From Corynebacterium lowii (lineage in GTDB: Bacteria; Actinomycetota; Actinomycetes; Mycobacteriales; Mycobacteriaceae), in NCBI RefSeq assembly GCF_001412085.1, contig NZ_LKEV01000004.1, forward strand, positions 193,217 through 217,216: a stretch of DNA of 24,000 nt. The letters are read 5' to 3'. Both the position numbers and the translations under genes were made by a program. Positions 11,174-20,833 of the stretch are shown in pieces. Numbering within the stretch: the stretch's first letter is position 1; each line of letters opens with the position of its first letter. Below the pieces are notes generated by a model. It made no database searches, was not told the DNA's origin, and was given only the letters and a program-made list of their open reading frames with translations.

Positions 11174-13784
11174 CGCTGCCTCCTGTCGCGGCGGGAAGGG
11201 AAAGGATCATGGTGGCTCCGCCACCGGGGGTATCGTCCACGCGAATGTCCCCGTGCATGGCCTCGGCAAAACCGCGCACCACGGCTAGGCCGAGCCCCAA
11301 CCCCGTGCCGGTATCGTTGCGGTGCACGAAGGGGGTAAAGAGGGTTTCGCGCTGATCCTCGGGGATACCGGGGCCGTGGTCAATCACCTGAATCTCCACG
11401 GTATCTTCCACGGCCACGGCGCGCATCAGCACCGGGGCTTCGCCGTGCAGCAGGGCATTGCGCAGCAGGTTCGCCAGGGCGCGTTGCAGCAAACCGGAGT
11501 CGCCCAGCAAGGCGGGAAGTCCCTCGCTCACCTCCACCCGGATGTGCTCGCGCAGTTCGGGTTGCTCCGCGAGCACGGCCTCGATGATCTCGGCGGCGCG
11601 CAGGCGGCGCTGGTGTACGGCGATGGTCCCGGAGTTGAGCCTGCTCATATCCAGCAGATTGCCGATTACGGTTTCTAACCTATCGGCGGATTCCTCAATG
11701 CTTTCGATCAGTGCGGCGTGCGCCTCGGGGGGCAGGGGGACGTCGCCAAGCATGAGCCCGGAGACCGCGGCCTTGATACTAGCCAGCGGGGTGCGCAGAT
11801 CGTGGGAGACGGCGGCGAGCAGGGCCGAACCCACCCGATTGCTGGTTTCTAGGGCGGCCGCGGCGCGGCGCACGGCGTCGATCTCCTGGCGGTCCAGGAT
11901 GGCGGTAATCCGTGCGCCGCGAGCCTCGATCATGGTGCGCTGCTCGGGGCGAATCTCCGGGCCCGCCATGCTCAGGCGCAGGCGCGGCCCCAATTCCACC
12001 CGCTCCCCGGCCTCCGGGTCCCACTTATCGACGAGCCCGCGCGGCGAGGTGGATTCCAAGGTCACCCATTGGTGGCTTTCCGGCGCCCAGCGCTGCAAAT
12101 CCACGCGGTGCAGGGAGAAGGTCTGCTGGATACGCCGGAGTAGGGAGGGGAGATCGTCGCCCTCGTGAATCGCCCCGCGCGCGAGGTCGGCCAGCACAAT
12201 TGCCTGGGCCTGGCGCTGTTGCGCCTGGTGGGTACGCTGTGCTGCCACGTCCACGATCCAGGCCACGCACACCGCCACGATGAAAAAGAAGAGAATACTG
12301 ATGAGCGATTCCGGCTCGGTGATGGTGAGGGTGTGCTCCGGGGTGGTGAGGAACCAATTGACCAGCAAGGAACCGGAAAGCACCGCGAGGATCGCGGGAC
12401 GCAAGCCCCCGGCTAGGGCGGCAAAGACCACGATGGTCAAGTACCCCAGCAGCACGGCCCCCACATAATCCGGGCTGGGGTGAAAGGCGGTGAGCGCGAG
12501 CGTTACCAGCGGGGGCGCAACCGCGGCCACGCCCCAGCCCACCGCCTTGCGCCCGGTGCTTAGGTAATTGCGGCGGGCTTGGGCGGGGGCTTCCGACGCC
12601 ACCCCGGCACCCGTTCCCTCAGCCGCCACGATGTGCACGTCCACGTGCCCGGCCTGGTTGATGATTTGCTTGCTCAGCTGCGTGGCCCCGAGGCGGTGGC
12701 GCCGCGTGCTGGCCCCCAAACCAATGACGATCTGGGAGGCATTGAGCGTGCGGGCAAAACCCAGCAGGGTATCGGCCACCTCATCGCCGGCGATCACCCG
12801 CCACTGGCCGCCTAGATCCTCGGTGAGTTTTTGCAGGCTGCGCAGGGAATCGGGGGGTCGTCGGGAAAAGCCATCATCCCGTGCCACGTGGACTACCACC
12901 AGCTCGCGGTCGGCCACCCGTCCGGCGATCCGCGCGCCGCGGCGAATGAGCACGTCCGAGCCGGGGGAACCGGAAACCCCCACCACCACGCGCTCGCGGG
13001 TGGGCCAGGAGGCGTGAATATCGCGTTCGGTGCGGTACTGCGCCATGCCCTCTTCCACCTTGTCCGCCAACCACAGCAGGGCGAGTTCCCGCAGCGCGGT
13101 GAGGTTACCCAGGCGGAAATAATGATCGAGGGCGCGCTGGGCGGTATCGCCCTGGTAGATCAGCCCGCGCGCCAGGCGCACGCGCAGGGTATCGGGGGAG
13201 AGGTCCACTAGCTCGATCTGGTCGGCCTCGCGCAGCACCCTATCCGGCAGGGTCTCGCGCTGGCGCACCCCTGTGATGGCAAAAACGACGTCGTTAAGCG
13301 ATTCCACGTGCTGAATATTCAGCGTGCTCAGCACGTTAATCCCGGCGTCGAGAAGCCGGTGCACATCCTGCCAGCGCTTAGCGTCGGGGGCCTGGGCGGA
13401 GCCGAGCACCGTGTGGGCGAGCTCATCTACCAGCACGGTATCCGGGTGGGCGGCGAGCACGGCTTCCACGTCGAGTTCTCCGTACATGGAACCGTGTTCG
13501 TAGTGGCGGGGCAGCACCTCTAGGCCCTCCACCAGGGCGGCGGTGCGGGGGCGGCCATGATCCTCCACCACGCCCACGAGCACGCTGCGCCCCTGGGCCA
13601 CTAACTCGTGGGCCTCGTTGAGCATGGCGCAGGTTTTCCCCACGCCGGGGGCAAAACCCAGGTAAATCTTCAAGCGCCCGCGCCGGGGCTGGCCTGTCGG
13701 AGCGTTGTGTGCCTCTACCAACCGTTGTTCCACCAAGAATCTCCTACTACCCGGAATGTCGCGCGGCTTCCGCCACGGCGGCAT
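11166..13784 (-). CDS. kdpD: Sensor histidine kinase KdpD
   Basis: N-terminal KdpD domain with P-loop GFAPGVGKTCAM, a Usp-like region, a 4-TM block, H-box SHDLRTPL and an HATPase (GTGLGLGLAVV). Start alternatives are ATG 13784 (38-nt overlap with kdpC), TTG 13736 or GTG 13733. Confidence 0.9.
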
Positions 13785-14346
13785 TGAGCGTGGTGACGTT
13801 CACCGGAGGCCCATCGGCAGAACCATTGAGCGCAAAGGGCTGCTGATTCTGGGCGATGAGGCGGCGCAGCGTCCCCTCGGCCAGGCCCGTATTGCGAGCC
13901 ACCCGAGGTACCTGCATCTCAGCATAGGTCCGAGAAATATGGGGGTCGAGCCCCGAACCGCTGGCGGCCACGGCCTCGGCGGGAACCTCCTGGGGAGCCA
14001 CCTGCTCGCGCTCGGCCACCTCCACTCGCCGTTGCTCCACCAGGGCCGCATAAGCGGGATCGGCGGGGGACATATTCGAGGCCTGCCCCTCCCCGGCGCT
14101 GGGACGCGGATAAAACCACCCCGCATGCTGGGGCTGTTGCTGCTGCGGTTGCTGAGCCAGCAAGGCGGAACCGCGCACCTGCCCGGAGGCATCGTAGAGG
14201 GGAGAACCCGCCGCCTGATGCGGCAGGGCAATCATTCCGATTCCCACCAGGGTGAGCGGATAACACAGGCCCAGAATGACGGTGAAAAGCCCCACGGTAA
14301 CCAGGGCGGAACGCGCGGTGCGCAGCACGGTACGAGAGGGAATCAC
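13747..14346 (-). CDS. kdpC: K+-transporting ATPase subunit KdpC
   Basis: It has an N-terminal TM ([17 protein letters not shown]), the motif [10 protein letters not shown], and the expected operon position. The GTG start overlaps the kdpB stop (GTGA). Confidence 0.88.
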   Translation of the reverse strand: MIPSRTVLRTARSALVTVGLFTVILGLCYPLTLVGIGMIALPHQAAGSPLYDASGQVRGSALLAQQPQQQQPQHAGWFYPRPSAGEGQASNMSPADPAYAALVEQRRVEVAEREQVAPQEVPAEAVAASGSGLDPHISRTYAEMQVPRVARNTGLAEGTLRRLIAQNQQPFALNGSADGPPVNVTTLNAAVAEAARHSG

Positions 14347-16397
14347 AGGAGACCTCCGGGAAGAGCGCTAAGAATCAGATCAATGGCCTTGATACCCAAG
14401 AAGGGAACGAGCACCCCGCCCAGGCCAAAAACGGCGAGGTTGCGCCGCAGCAGGGTGGCCGCCCCGCTGGGGCGATAGCGCACCCCGCGCAGCGCCAGGG
14501 GAATGAGCGCCAGGATCACTAGGGCGTTGAAGATCACCGCAGAGAGGATGGCCGTGTGCGGGCTGTGAAGGTGCATGACGTTGAGCACCGCTAGGCCGGG
14601 AAAGGCACCAATAAACATCGCGGGGATGATGGCAAAGTACTTGGCTACGTCGTTGGCGATGGAGAAGGTGGTCAGCGCCCCACGGGTAATGAGCAGCTGC
14701 TTTCCGATGTGCACGATGTCGATGAGCTTGGTGGGGTCGCTATCGAGGTCGATCATGTTCCCGGCCTCCTTGGCCGCCGAGGTGCCGGTATTCATCGCCA
14801 CCCCCACATCAGCCTGGGCCAGGGCGGGGGCGTCATTCGTGCCATCGCCCGTCATGGCTACCAGGTGCCCACCGGCCTGCTCGCGGCGAATCAGCGCCAA
14901 CTTATCCTCCGGGGTGGCTTCGGCCAGAACATCGTCCACCCCGGCCTCGGCGGCGATGGCGCGGGCGGTCAGCGCATTATCGCCGGTAATCATCACTGTG
15001 CGAATACCCATCGCGCGCAATTGCGCAAAGCGTTCCGTCATGCCGGGCTTCACCACGTCTTTGAGGTGAATCACGCCCAGCACCACGCCCGCGGTGGGCT
15101 CCCCGGTGGCGGGATCGCAGTCAAGGTGCGCCACCACCAGAGCCGTGCCTCCCGAGGCACTGATCTCCTTCACGATCTGAGAGGTCAGCGAGGCAACGGT
15201 GCCACCCAGGCTTTCGACGAGCCCGCAGACCTCGCTGGCGGCACCCTTGACGATCCGCTCGCGCGGATTGATCTGAGCCCCGCTCATGCGGGTCTGCGCG
15301 CTAAAGGGAAGGAAGGTCAGCCCGCTATACTCCTGGGGATTCACCGCGCGGGTGCGCGTATCCGCCAGCGTGACCACGGAACGCCCCTCCGGGGTTTCGT
15401 CGGCCAGCGAGGCCAGCTGGCAGGCCTTGGTGAACTCCGCAGCCGAGGTGGTACCCACCGGAATCAGGTCCACGGCGCGGCGATCACCCACGGTGATCGT
15501 GCCGGTCTTATCCAGCAAGAGGGTGGATACATCCCCGGCGGCCTCCACCGCGCGCCCGGACATAGCCAGCACATTGCGCCCCACCAACCGATCCATGCCC
15601 GCGATACCGATGGCGGAGAGCAACGCCCCGATGGTGGTGGGAATGAGGCACACCATGAGCGCCACGAGCACCACGGGGGACTGCTCCGCGCCGCGGAAGG
15701 CCGCCATCGGAGCAAGGGTGAGTACCACCAGCACAAAGATCACCGTGAGCACCGTCAGCAACATACTCAGAGCCAGCTCATTGGGGGTTTTCTTGCGCTG
15801 CGAACCCTCCACCAGGCCGATCATGCGATCCATGAAGCTCTGCCCCGGCTCGCTGCTCATGCGCACGATAATGCGATCGGACAGCACCCGCGTACCGCCC
15901 GTGACCGCGCACCGATCCCCACCCGATTCCCTAATGACGGGGGCAGATTCCCCCGTAATCGCGGACTCGTCCACGCTCGCGGCCCCGGCCATCACATCGC
16001 CATCGGCGGGAATGACCTCGCCCGCCAACACCAGTACGTGATCGCCCTTGCGCAGGGACTCGGAACCGATGATCTCCGCGGTGTCCGCGGGGGCGTCGAT
16101 AAGCGTATCCGAGGGAACGCGCCGGGCGGTGGTGCTGCCGCGCGAGGCGCGGAGCGACGCCGCCTGGGCTTTGCCGCGCCCCTCTGCCACTGCCTCAGCC
16201 AGGACGCCGAAGAACACCGTGGCCCACAGCCAGGCGGAGAGGAAAAGGGTGAAGAAACTGGGTTCAACTATCCCCATGACCAGGGTAAAAGCCGCCCCGA
16301 TCTCCACCAGGAACATCACCGGAACCCGCACGAGGCGGCGGGGATTGAGCTTGCGCAGCGCCAGGGGAAGGGCGCCGAGAATAACGTGCTTATTCAT
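14343..16397 (-). CDS. kdpB: K+-transporting P-type ATPase subunit KdpB
   Basis: Motifs DKTGTIT, MITGDN and [18 protein letters not shown] are present. The start is at ATG 16397 (MNKHVILG...), overlapping the kdpA stop (ATGA). The ORF-track extension to 16634 is rejected. Confidence 0.95.
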   Translation of the reverse strand: MNKHVILGALPLALRKLNPRRLVRVPVMFLVEIGAAFTLVMGIVEPSFFTLFLSAWLWATVFFGVLAEAVAEGRGKAQAASLRASRGSTTARRVPSDTLIDAPADTAEIIGSESLRKGDHVLVLAGEVIPADGDVMAGAASVDESAITGESAPVIRESGGDRCAVTGGTRVLSDRIIVRMSSEPGQSFMDRMIGLVEGSQRKKTPNELALSMLLTVLTVIFVLVVLTLAPMAAFRGAEQSPVVLVALMVCLIPTTIGALLSAIGIAGMDRLVGRNVLAMSGRAVEAAGDVSTLLLDKTGTITVGDRRAVDLIPVGTTSAAEFTKACQLASLADETPEGRSVVTLADTRTRAVNPQEYSGLTFLPFSAQTRMSGAQINPRERIVKGAASEVCGLVESLGGTVASLTSQIVKEISASGGTALVVAHLDCDPATGEPTAGVVLGVIHLKDVVKPGMTERFAQLRAMGIRTVMITGDNALTARAIAAEAGVDDVLAEATPEDKLALIRREQAGGHLVAMTGDGTNDAPALAQADVGVAMNTGTSAAKEAGNMIDLDSDPTKLIDIVHIGKQLLITRGALTTFSIANDVAKYFAIIPAMFIGAFPGLAVLNVMHLHSPHTAILSAVIFNALVILALIPLALRGVRYRPSGAATLLRRNLAVFGLGGVLVPFLGIKAIDLILSALPGGLL

Positions 16398-18034
16398 AGG
16401 GAGAAAGCCTCCGCGAGCGGGCCGAGAACGAGGGCTGGAAGGAAAGTGAGCGCGCCCACGATGAGGGCGACCCCAACGAGCAGCCCCACGAAAAGCGGGC
16501 GATGAGTGGGCATGGTGCCCGAGGTAGCCGGAATGGGCTTTTGCGACGCCAGCGAACCGGCCAGCGCGAGCACCATCAGCATGGGAACAAAGCGACCCAG
16601 CAGCATCACCACCCCCAGGGCGGTGTTCCACCACGGGGTATTGGCGTCCAACCCGGCAAAGGCAGAGCCATTATTATTGGCCGCGCTGGCCAGCGCATAC
16701 ACCACCTCCGTGAAACCATGAGCACCATCCGTGGTGGTAGAAAGCGTGGCGCGCGTGCCGGGAAGCACCACCGAAAGAGCCACCCCGCCCAACACCAAGG
16801 CGGGCATGACCAAGATGTACAGGCAGACCTTGACCATCTGCGGCACCCCAATGCGCTTACCTAGATACTCCGGGGTGCGGCCCACCATGAGCCCGGCCAG
16901 AAACACCGTGAGCAGCGCCAAGATGAGCATGCCGTAGAGCCCGGAACCCACCCCACCGGGGGAAACCTCCCCCAGTAACATGTTCAGCAGCAACATTCCG
17001 CCGCCCAAGGGGCTATAGCTGGAATGAAAGGAATCCACCGCCCCCGTAGACGTCATGGTGGTAGACACCGCAAAGAACGCCGAGGGCACCGTGCCAAAGC
17101 GTAACTCCCGGCCCTCCAGGTTGCCGCTTTCCGCGAGCAACACCACGGCCAAGGAAGCCACGAAAAGCACAGACATGGCGCCCAGCAGCGCCCAGCCTTG
17201 GCGACGATCCCGCACCATCACGCCGAAGGTACGGGTGAGGCTCACCGGTATGAGCAGAATGAGGAAAATCTCTAGCATGTTGGAGACCGCAGTGGGATTT
17301 TCCAAGGGGTGCGCAGAATTGGCTCCAAAATAACCACCGCCATTAGTGCCCAACTCCTTAATGGCCTCCTGGGAGGCCACCGGGCCGCCGGGAATCATTT
17401 GGGTACCGCCGGTGAATGGGTGTACGGCAATGGCGGGGTGGAGATTCTGAATGACTCCCTGGGTGAGCAGGAGCAGAGCGGCAATTCCCGCTAGAGGCAG
17501 CAAAATACGCAGCACGCAGCGGGTGAGGTCCACCCAGAAATTACCAATCCGCCCCTGGGCGTCCCGGCAGGCGAGACCGCGAATAAGAGCCACCGCCACG
17601 CTGATACCCACCGCGGCAGAAAGGAAGTTCTGCACCGCCAGACCCATCATCTGAGTGAGCGGGCTCATGGTGGACTCCCCGGAATAGGACTGCCAATTGG
17701 TATTGGTAACAAAGGAGGCCGCCGTATTCCACGCCTGCCCCGGAGAAACCGCCGCGAAACCCTGGTGAAGCGGCAAAAATGCCTGGCAGCGCTGCATCGC
17801 ATAGAGTGCCACGAGGGAAAAGATAGAGAAGAAAAGAACCCCGGAGGCGTAGCGCGTCCACCGCTGAGACACATCGGGATGGACCCCCATGAGGCGATAC
17901 AAAGCGAGTTCAAAGAAGGTATGGCGCGGGCTGGAAAACACGCGCGCCATATACGAACCCAAGGGAAGATAAACCCCGGCGAGAGCCAGGAACACCGCCA
18001 CGATGGGAAAAACAGCGTTAAGCGTGGCGCTCAT
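16394..18034 (-). CDS. kdpA: K+-transporting ATPase subunit KdpA
   Basis: Polytopic protein with KdpA-type selectivity-filter-like blocks ([24 protein letters not shown]). The start is ATG 18034 (MSATLNAV...), preceded by GGAGGA. The ORF-track extension to 18274 is rejected. Confidence 0.95.
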   Translation of the reverse strand: MSATLNAVFPIVAVFLALAGVYLPLGSYMARVFSSPRHTFFELALYRLMGVHPDVSQRWTRYASGVLFFSIFSLVALYAMQRCQAFLPLHQGFAAVSPGQAWNTAASFVTNTNWQSYSGESTMSPLTQMMGLAVQNFLSAAVGISVAVALIRGLACRDAQGRIGNFWVDLTRCVLRILLPLAGIAALLLLTQGVIQNLHPAIAVHPFTGGTQMIPGGPVASQEAIKELGTNGGGYFGANSAHPLENPTAVSNMLEIFLILLIPVSLTRTFGVMVRDRRQGWALLGAMSVLFVASLAVVLLAESGNLEGRELRFGTVPSAFFAVSTTMTSTGAVDSFHSSYSPLGGGMLLLNMLLGEVSPGGVGSGLYGMLILALLTVFLAGLMVGRTPEYLGKRIGVPQMVKVCLYILVMPALVLGGVALSVVLPGTRATLSTTTDGAHGFTEVVYALASAANNNGSAFAGLDANTPWWNTALGVVMLLGRFVPMLMVLALAGSLASQKPIPATSGTMPTHRPLFVGLLVGVALIVGALTFLPALVLGPLAEAFSL

Positions 18035-18123
18035 GCGAAATCCTCCGGACGCAGCAAAGCAACCAGGAGATACACCAGGGAGGCCAAGCCCAGGAACAGG
18101 CCCACGGCGCAATCCGACGTCAC
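18031..18123 (-). CDS. kdpF: KdpF small subunit (30 aa), not in ORF track
   Basis: Hand translation gives (GTG)[30 protein letters not shown]. This is a single TM with a C-terminal LLxPExF-type ending, like the mycobacterial KdpF as I recall it. Its stop overlaps the kdpA ATG (ATGA). Confidence 0.75.
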   Translation of the reverse strand: MTSDCAVGLFLGLASLVYLLVALLRPEDFA

Positions 18124-18206
18124 AGCGCATCCACCCCCTTGACGAGGAGGAGCAGGCAAGAAAAAACCGCGCCCGTGACGGCGAGGTAGAGAAGATCACT
18201 AACCAT
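18120..18206 (-). CDS. 28-aa hydrophobic peptide upstream of kdpF (KdpF-like?)
   Basis: Hand translation gives MVSDLLYLAVTGAVFSCLLLLVKGVDAL*. Its TGA overlaps the kdpF GTG (GTGA). There is no SD, but a TAGGTT -10-like hexamer lies 7 nt upstream, which suggests a leaderless start. Confidence 0.4.
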   Translation of the reverse strand: MVSDLLYLAVTGAVFSCLLLLVKGVDAL

Positions 18207-18245
18207 GCGCAACAACCTAAGCCCGGTGGGTGGGGATTGAGCTCG

Positions 18246-18266
18246 ATCTTGACGGAATCTTGACGG
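18246..18266. promoter_or_regulatory. Tandem direct repeat ATCTTGACGG x2 (11-bp period), candidate KdpE site
   Basis: ATCTTGACGG occurs at 18246-18255 and again at 18257-18266. The pair lies 40-60 nt upstream of the first kdp-operon ORF, in the divergent intergenic region. Confidence 0.4.
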
Positions 18267-18294
18267 GGTGTCATGAGGGGAGCAGGCTGGGGCT

Positions 18295-18891
18295 ATGGCG
18301 GCTCATAGCACTCGAAGGGACTTCCTCGACTTCCTGCGGCGGCAGTGCAGTCACGTGGTGGAAGAAAACGCCGAGGGGCTGGTGGTGCACGATGAGGAAT
18401 TGGGGGCGATTCCCGTGGTAGCCACCGAGGCGGAATGGGAGGAATACCGGGTGGGCTGCGCGGAGTGGGATACGCACCCACTCTCGCTCATGGGGATACA
18501 TCTGGATGAGGCCCTGGCGAATATTCACTTCCGAGGGCTTTCCCACGCGGGAATAGTGATAGATCGCGGAGGATTCACCTGGGCACAGTACGTGACGGTT
18601 CACCAGCAGGCCAGGAAGGTGAAAAGGGAGTTCCACGCCTACGTGAACGATTCCTGGTTTATGCGGGAATTGGGGTTAGACGAAGAACACGGGGATATAT
18701 GGGTGGAGGGGCGGCGGCGTATTCCCCTTACTGGCAGTGATGAGCAATGGGTAGCCTGCGCGCGGAATTATCAGGGCACCGAACACTCGGAGTATTTGCT
18801 CATGCTCATGGCACTCGATGAACTGCTAGATCGTAGTCAGAACCCCGTTTGTGTTGCTGTGAGCGGTGAAGGCTTTGCCATCCCTAGATAA
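18295..18891 (+). CDS. Hypothetical protein built of two ~95-aa homologous modules
   Basis: Internal duplication: RDFLDFL...IPVVATEAEWEEY...LSLMGIHLDEAL...GIVIDRGGF versus REFHAYV...IPLTGSDEQWVAC...YLLMLMALDELL...CVAVSGEGF. No family is recognised. Confidence 0.7.
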   Translation: MAAHSTRRDFLDFLRRQCSHVVEENAEGLVVHDEELGAIPVVATEAEWEEYRVGCAEWDTHPLSLMGIHLDEALANIHFRGLSHAGIVIDRGGFTWAQYVTVHQQARKVKREFHAYVNDSWFMRELGLDEEHGDIWVEGRRRIPLTGSDEQWVACARNYQGTEHSEYLLMLMALDELLDRSQNPVCVAVSGEGFAIPR

Positions 18892-19243
18892 ACTTTGTGG
18901 TGGGATCAATCCGAGCGCTAGCGAGCGCCCCGAGCTTTAGGGCGTAGAGGGGAACGGAGGCTCCGCGCAGATCGGCTCCGTTGAGGCGGCAGGCCTCGAT
19001 ATTGGCGGCATAGAAGAGCGCGCCGCGTAGGTCCGCCCCGCTAAAGTCCACCTCTTCAAAGGTGGCCTCGGTGAAGTCTGCCCCGCGCAGGGAACAATTG
19101 CGGAAGTTCACCTGATGGAACTCCACCCAGACGGATACGAGCTCATCGAGGTTGAGATCAGAAAAATCCTCCCCGCGTATTGGCGTATTGACTTCTAGGA
19201 ATGGAGTTCCATCGGGGAGGATATGAAATAGCGGGGAGGACAT
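18884..19243 (-). CDS. Pentapeptide-repeat protein (short, 119 aa)
   Basis: Consecutive A(D/N)LxG-type pentapeptides: NFRNCSLRGADFTEATFEEVDFSGADLRGALFYAANIEACRLNGADLRGA. It is convergent with the preceding gene and overlaps it by 8 nt. Confidence 0.8.
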   Translation of the reverse strand: MSSPLFHILPDGTPFLEVNTPIRGEDFSDLNLDELVSVWVEFHQVNFRNCSLRGADFTEATFEEVDFSGADLRGALFYAANIEACRLNGADLRGASVPLYALKLGALASARIDPTTKFI

Positions 19244-19268
19244 ATGGAACCTAAGGGGAACTGAGAGG

Positions 19269-19564
19269 GAGTTTGCGAATTATCTCACGCGGTGGGGAAG
19301 TCGGCTCTACCCGGTGGAAGAGATTGCCGAGAGGTTTGTGCTACGTGATGAATAATTAGACGTAATCCCTGTGGTGGTTAGCGAAGGGGAATGGGAAGAA
19401 TGTGGGAGAAATTATGGGAAATATATACATACTCACTTTCGCTTATTGGTATTCATTTTGATGAAGCCGTGCGGAGTGTTGGTAGCTGTGGGCTGATCTG
19501 TGCGGGGATAGTGATTAACCGAATGTCTGCTCATTCTTATCTTATGTGGCTTGATGAACTATGA
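19269..19564 (+). pseudogene. Decayed paralog of the 18295-18891 module
   Basis: Translation gives EFANYLTRWGSRLYPVEEIAERFVLRDE*LDVIPVVVSEGEWEECGRNYGKYIHTH. After a frame change near 19434-19438 it continues LSLIGIHFDEAVRSVGSCGLICAGIVINR. This aligns with RDFLDFL...IPVVATEAEWEEY...LSLMGIHLDEAL...AGIVIDR. An in-frame TAA sits at 19353-19355. Confidence 0.6.
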
Positions 19565-19795
19565 GAAAATATGAGTGGACCTAGTGCTGTGCGTAGGTGA
19601 TGAGGGCTGTTCTCGCTCCTCTGTCCTCGGGGAGGTAACGCCCGGGCAGGGCTTGGCATGTGCCGATGTGGTCTAGGGCGTCCGCAAGGGTAGGCATGAT
19701 GTGGGGCGCATGTGGCTGGCGCAGTGTACTGGAGGGGTTGGTGTGGGGGAAGGATTGAAGCGGTCGATGCCCAATGTAGTGTGCTTGTGAATATA

Positions 19796-19814
19796 AAACA
19801 TTTACAAAATGTTT
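19796..19814. promoter_or_regulatory. AT-rich palindrome AAACATTT-ACA-AAATGTTT upstream of the MspA-like gene
   Basis: Perfect 8-bp inverted repeat with a 3-bp spacer, ~60 nt upstream of the GTG start. It is followed by the direct repeat TGTGACT (19819-19825, 19828-34). Confidence 0.3.
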
Positions 19815-19872
19815 CTGCTGTGACTAGTGTGACTCTCCACTGCAAAAGGACTAGGAAATATGGAGGTATGCA

Positions 19873-20817
19873 GTGATAAAGCAGATAGCACGCTTCAGTA
19901 TCGGGGTTGTGGGAGTCATGTCTGTGTCTGGTGTGTCGATGGCTCAGGCGGCACCAGTGGTGGATGCGGTGCCGTGGCCGGCTGCTCCCTTTGGTGGGGA
20001 GAAGCCCCTGGAGAATCGGTATGTGGAAAAGACCACCGAGGATGGTTGGGTGCTCCACGCAGAGAAGAAAGATGAGACGATCAATGTGGCACCGCCCTTG
20101 GATTCGGCGGTTACCACGGGGGAGAGCTTTGGCAGCTTGAAGGCCAAGGTGTGGATCACCGGCCAGGGAGAACCAGAACTGCGTGGTGCTGTCTTTGAGG
20201 CTGGCTATCAGGTGGGTTGCGGGGTGGACATCTCTACTGGTGTGGATTATGAGGTGGCCGGAACAGTAGGTGTTGCTCCGCGGGTCAGCGGTGGAGTGGA
20301 AGGCGGCCCGAGCGTTTCCGGTGGAGTTGAGGGTGGTCCGAGTGTCTCTGGTGGGCTAGAGGGTGGTCCGAATGTGGGTGTTGGTGGTGAGGCTGGTCCG
20401 AGTGTTTCGGTGAGTCTGCCGGAGGGCAATGTGCAGGTAGGGGCAGACGGAAAAGTTAAGGGGGAGGCCGGGGCCGATGCCACGGGCAAGGTAGAAGGTG
20501 GTGCTGACGCGACCGGCAAGCTAGAAGCCGGAGCGGACGCTACCGGCAAGGTTGAGGGCGGGGTTGATGGTAAGGCCGAGATCGCTCCGGCGATTAAGGG
20601 GCATCTGGATCCTGGCAAGATCACCAATGTTGCTCTGGTTTCCATGCCTATTGATAAGGAATATAAGCGTGCTGCGGGTGGTTTCACCGGGGCTCATCTT
20701 CAGGTCAATGGGTGCGCGGGGCCGGTGACGGTGCGTTCTTACGTGACGATTTCTACCGTGAGCCCCACGTCTGTGGATGCTGTGAACGTATACGGCGATC
20801 CGCAGCGCATCCGATAG
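19873..20817 (+). CDS. MspA-family porin-like secreted protein with Gly-rich repeat insertion
   Basis: GTG start is 7 nt after GGAGG. The signal peptide ends in MAQA. Rim-domain similarity to M. smegmatis MspA as recalled: PLD...GAVFEAGYQVGCGVDISTGVDY vs GTLELGYQIGFPWSLGVGINF, PGKITNVALVSMPID vs PGIQEVATFSVDV, and GAHLQVNGCAGPVTVRSYVTI...VYGDPQRI vs NAHGTVTGAAGGVLLRPFARLI...TYGEPWNM. Confidence 0.75.
   Translation: MIKQIARFSIGVVGVMSVSGVSMAQAAPVVDAVPWPAAPFGGEKPLENRYVEKTTEDGWVLHAEKKDETINVAPPLDSAVTTGESFGSLKAKVWITGQGEPELRGAVFEAGYQVGCGVDISTGVDYEVAGTVGVAPRVSGGVEGGPSVSGGVEGGPSVSGGLEGGPNVGVGGEAGPSVSVSLPEGNVQVGADGKVKGEAGADATGKVEGGADATGKLEAGADATGKVEGGVDGKAEIAPAIKGHLDPGKITNVALVSMPIDKEYKRAAGGFTGAHLQVNGCAGPVTVRSYVTISTVSPTSVDAVNVYGDPQRIR
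20284..20403 (+). repeat. 4 x 30-bp in-frame tandem repeat (VSGGVEGGPS units)
   Basis: Units at 20284, 20314, 20344 and 20374 encode VSGGVEGGPS / VSGGVEGGPS / VSGGLEGGPN / VGVGGEAGPS. Confidence 0.85.
20449..20574 (+). repeat. ~4 x 30-bp in-frame tandem repeat (GKVEGGADAT units)
   Basis: Encodes GKVKGEAGADAT / GKVEGGADAT / GKLEAGADAT / GKVEGGVDGK. Confidence 0.8.
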
Positions 20818-20833
20818 GAAGGAAAGCACAATC

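Noticed and set aside
14709-16505. 598-aa plus-strand ORF
   Set aside because: It is antisense to kdpB, which has unambiguous P-type ATPase motifs. It has an Arg/Gly/His-rich shadow-frame composition.
16398-16634. N-terminal extension of kdpB in the ORF track, and likewise 18035-18274 for kdpA, 2158-2406 for otsB, 2672-2764 for the lipoprotein
   Set aside because: The extensions overlap the upstream gene's coding sequence and are Pro/Arg/Gly-rich. Internal ATGs give canonical N-termini with ATGA-type coupling or an SD.
18260-18296. TTGACG of the direct repeat as the -35 for the divergent 18295 gene
   Set aside because: No acceptable -10 lies at 16-19 nt spacing (CAGGCT). This cannot be excluded, but it is less well supported than the kdp-side interpretation.
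19537-20058. 173-aa minus-strand ORF
   Set aside because: It runs antisense through the MspA-like gene 5' end and the AT-rich promoter region. It has a His/Pro/Cys/Arg-rich composition and no SD. The region is better explained by the plus-strand gene and the pseudogene fragment.
20284-20574. Regularly spaced 30-bp repeats as a possible CRISPR-like array
   Set aside because: The repeats are contiguous with no spacers, in-frame, and encode Gly-rich decapeptides inside a clear ORF. They are a coding tandem repeat, not CRISPR.
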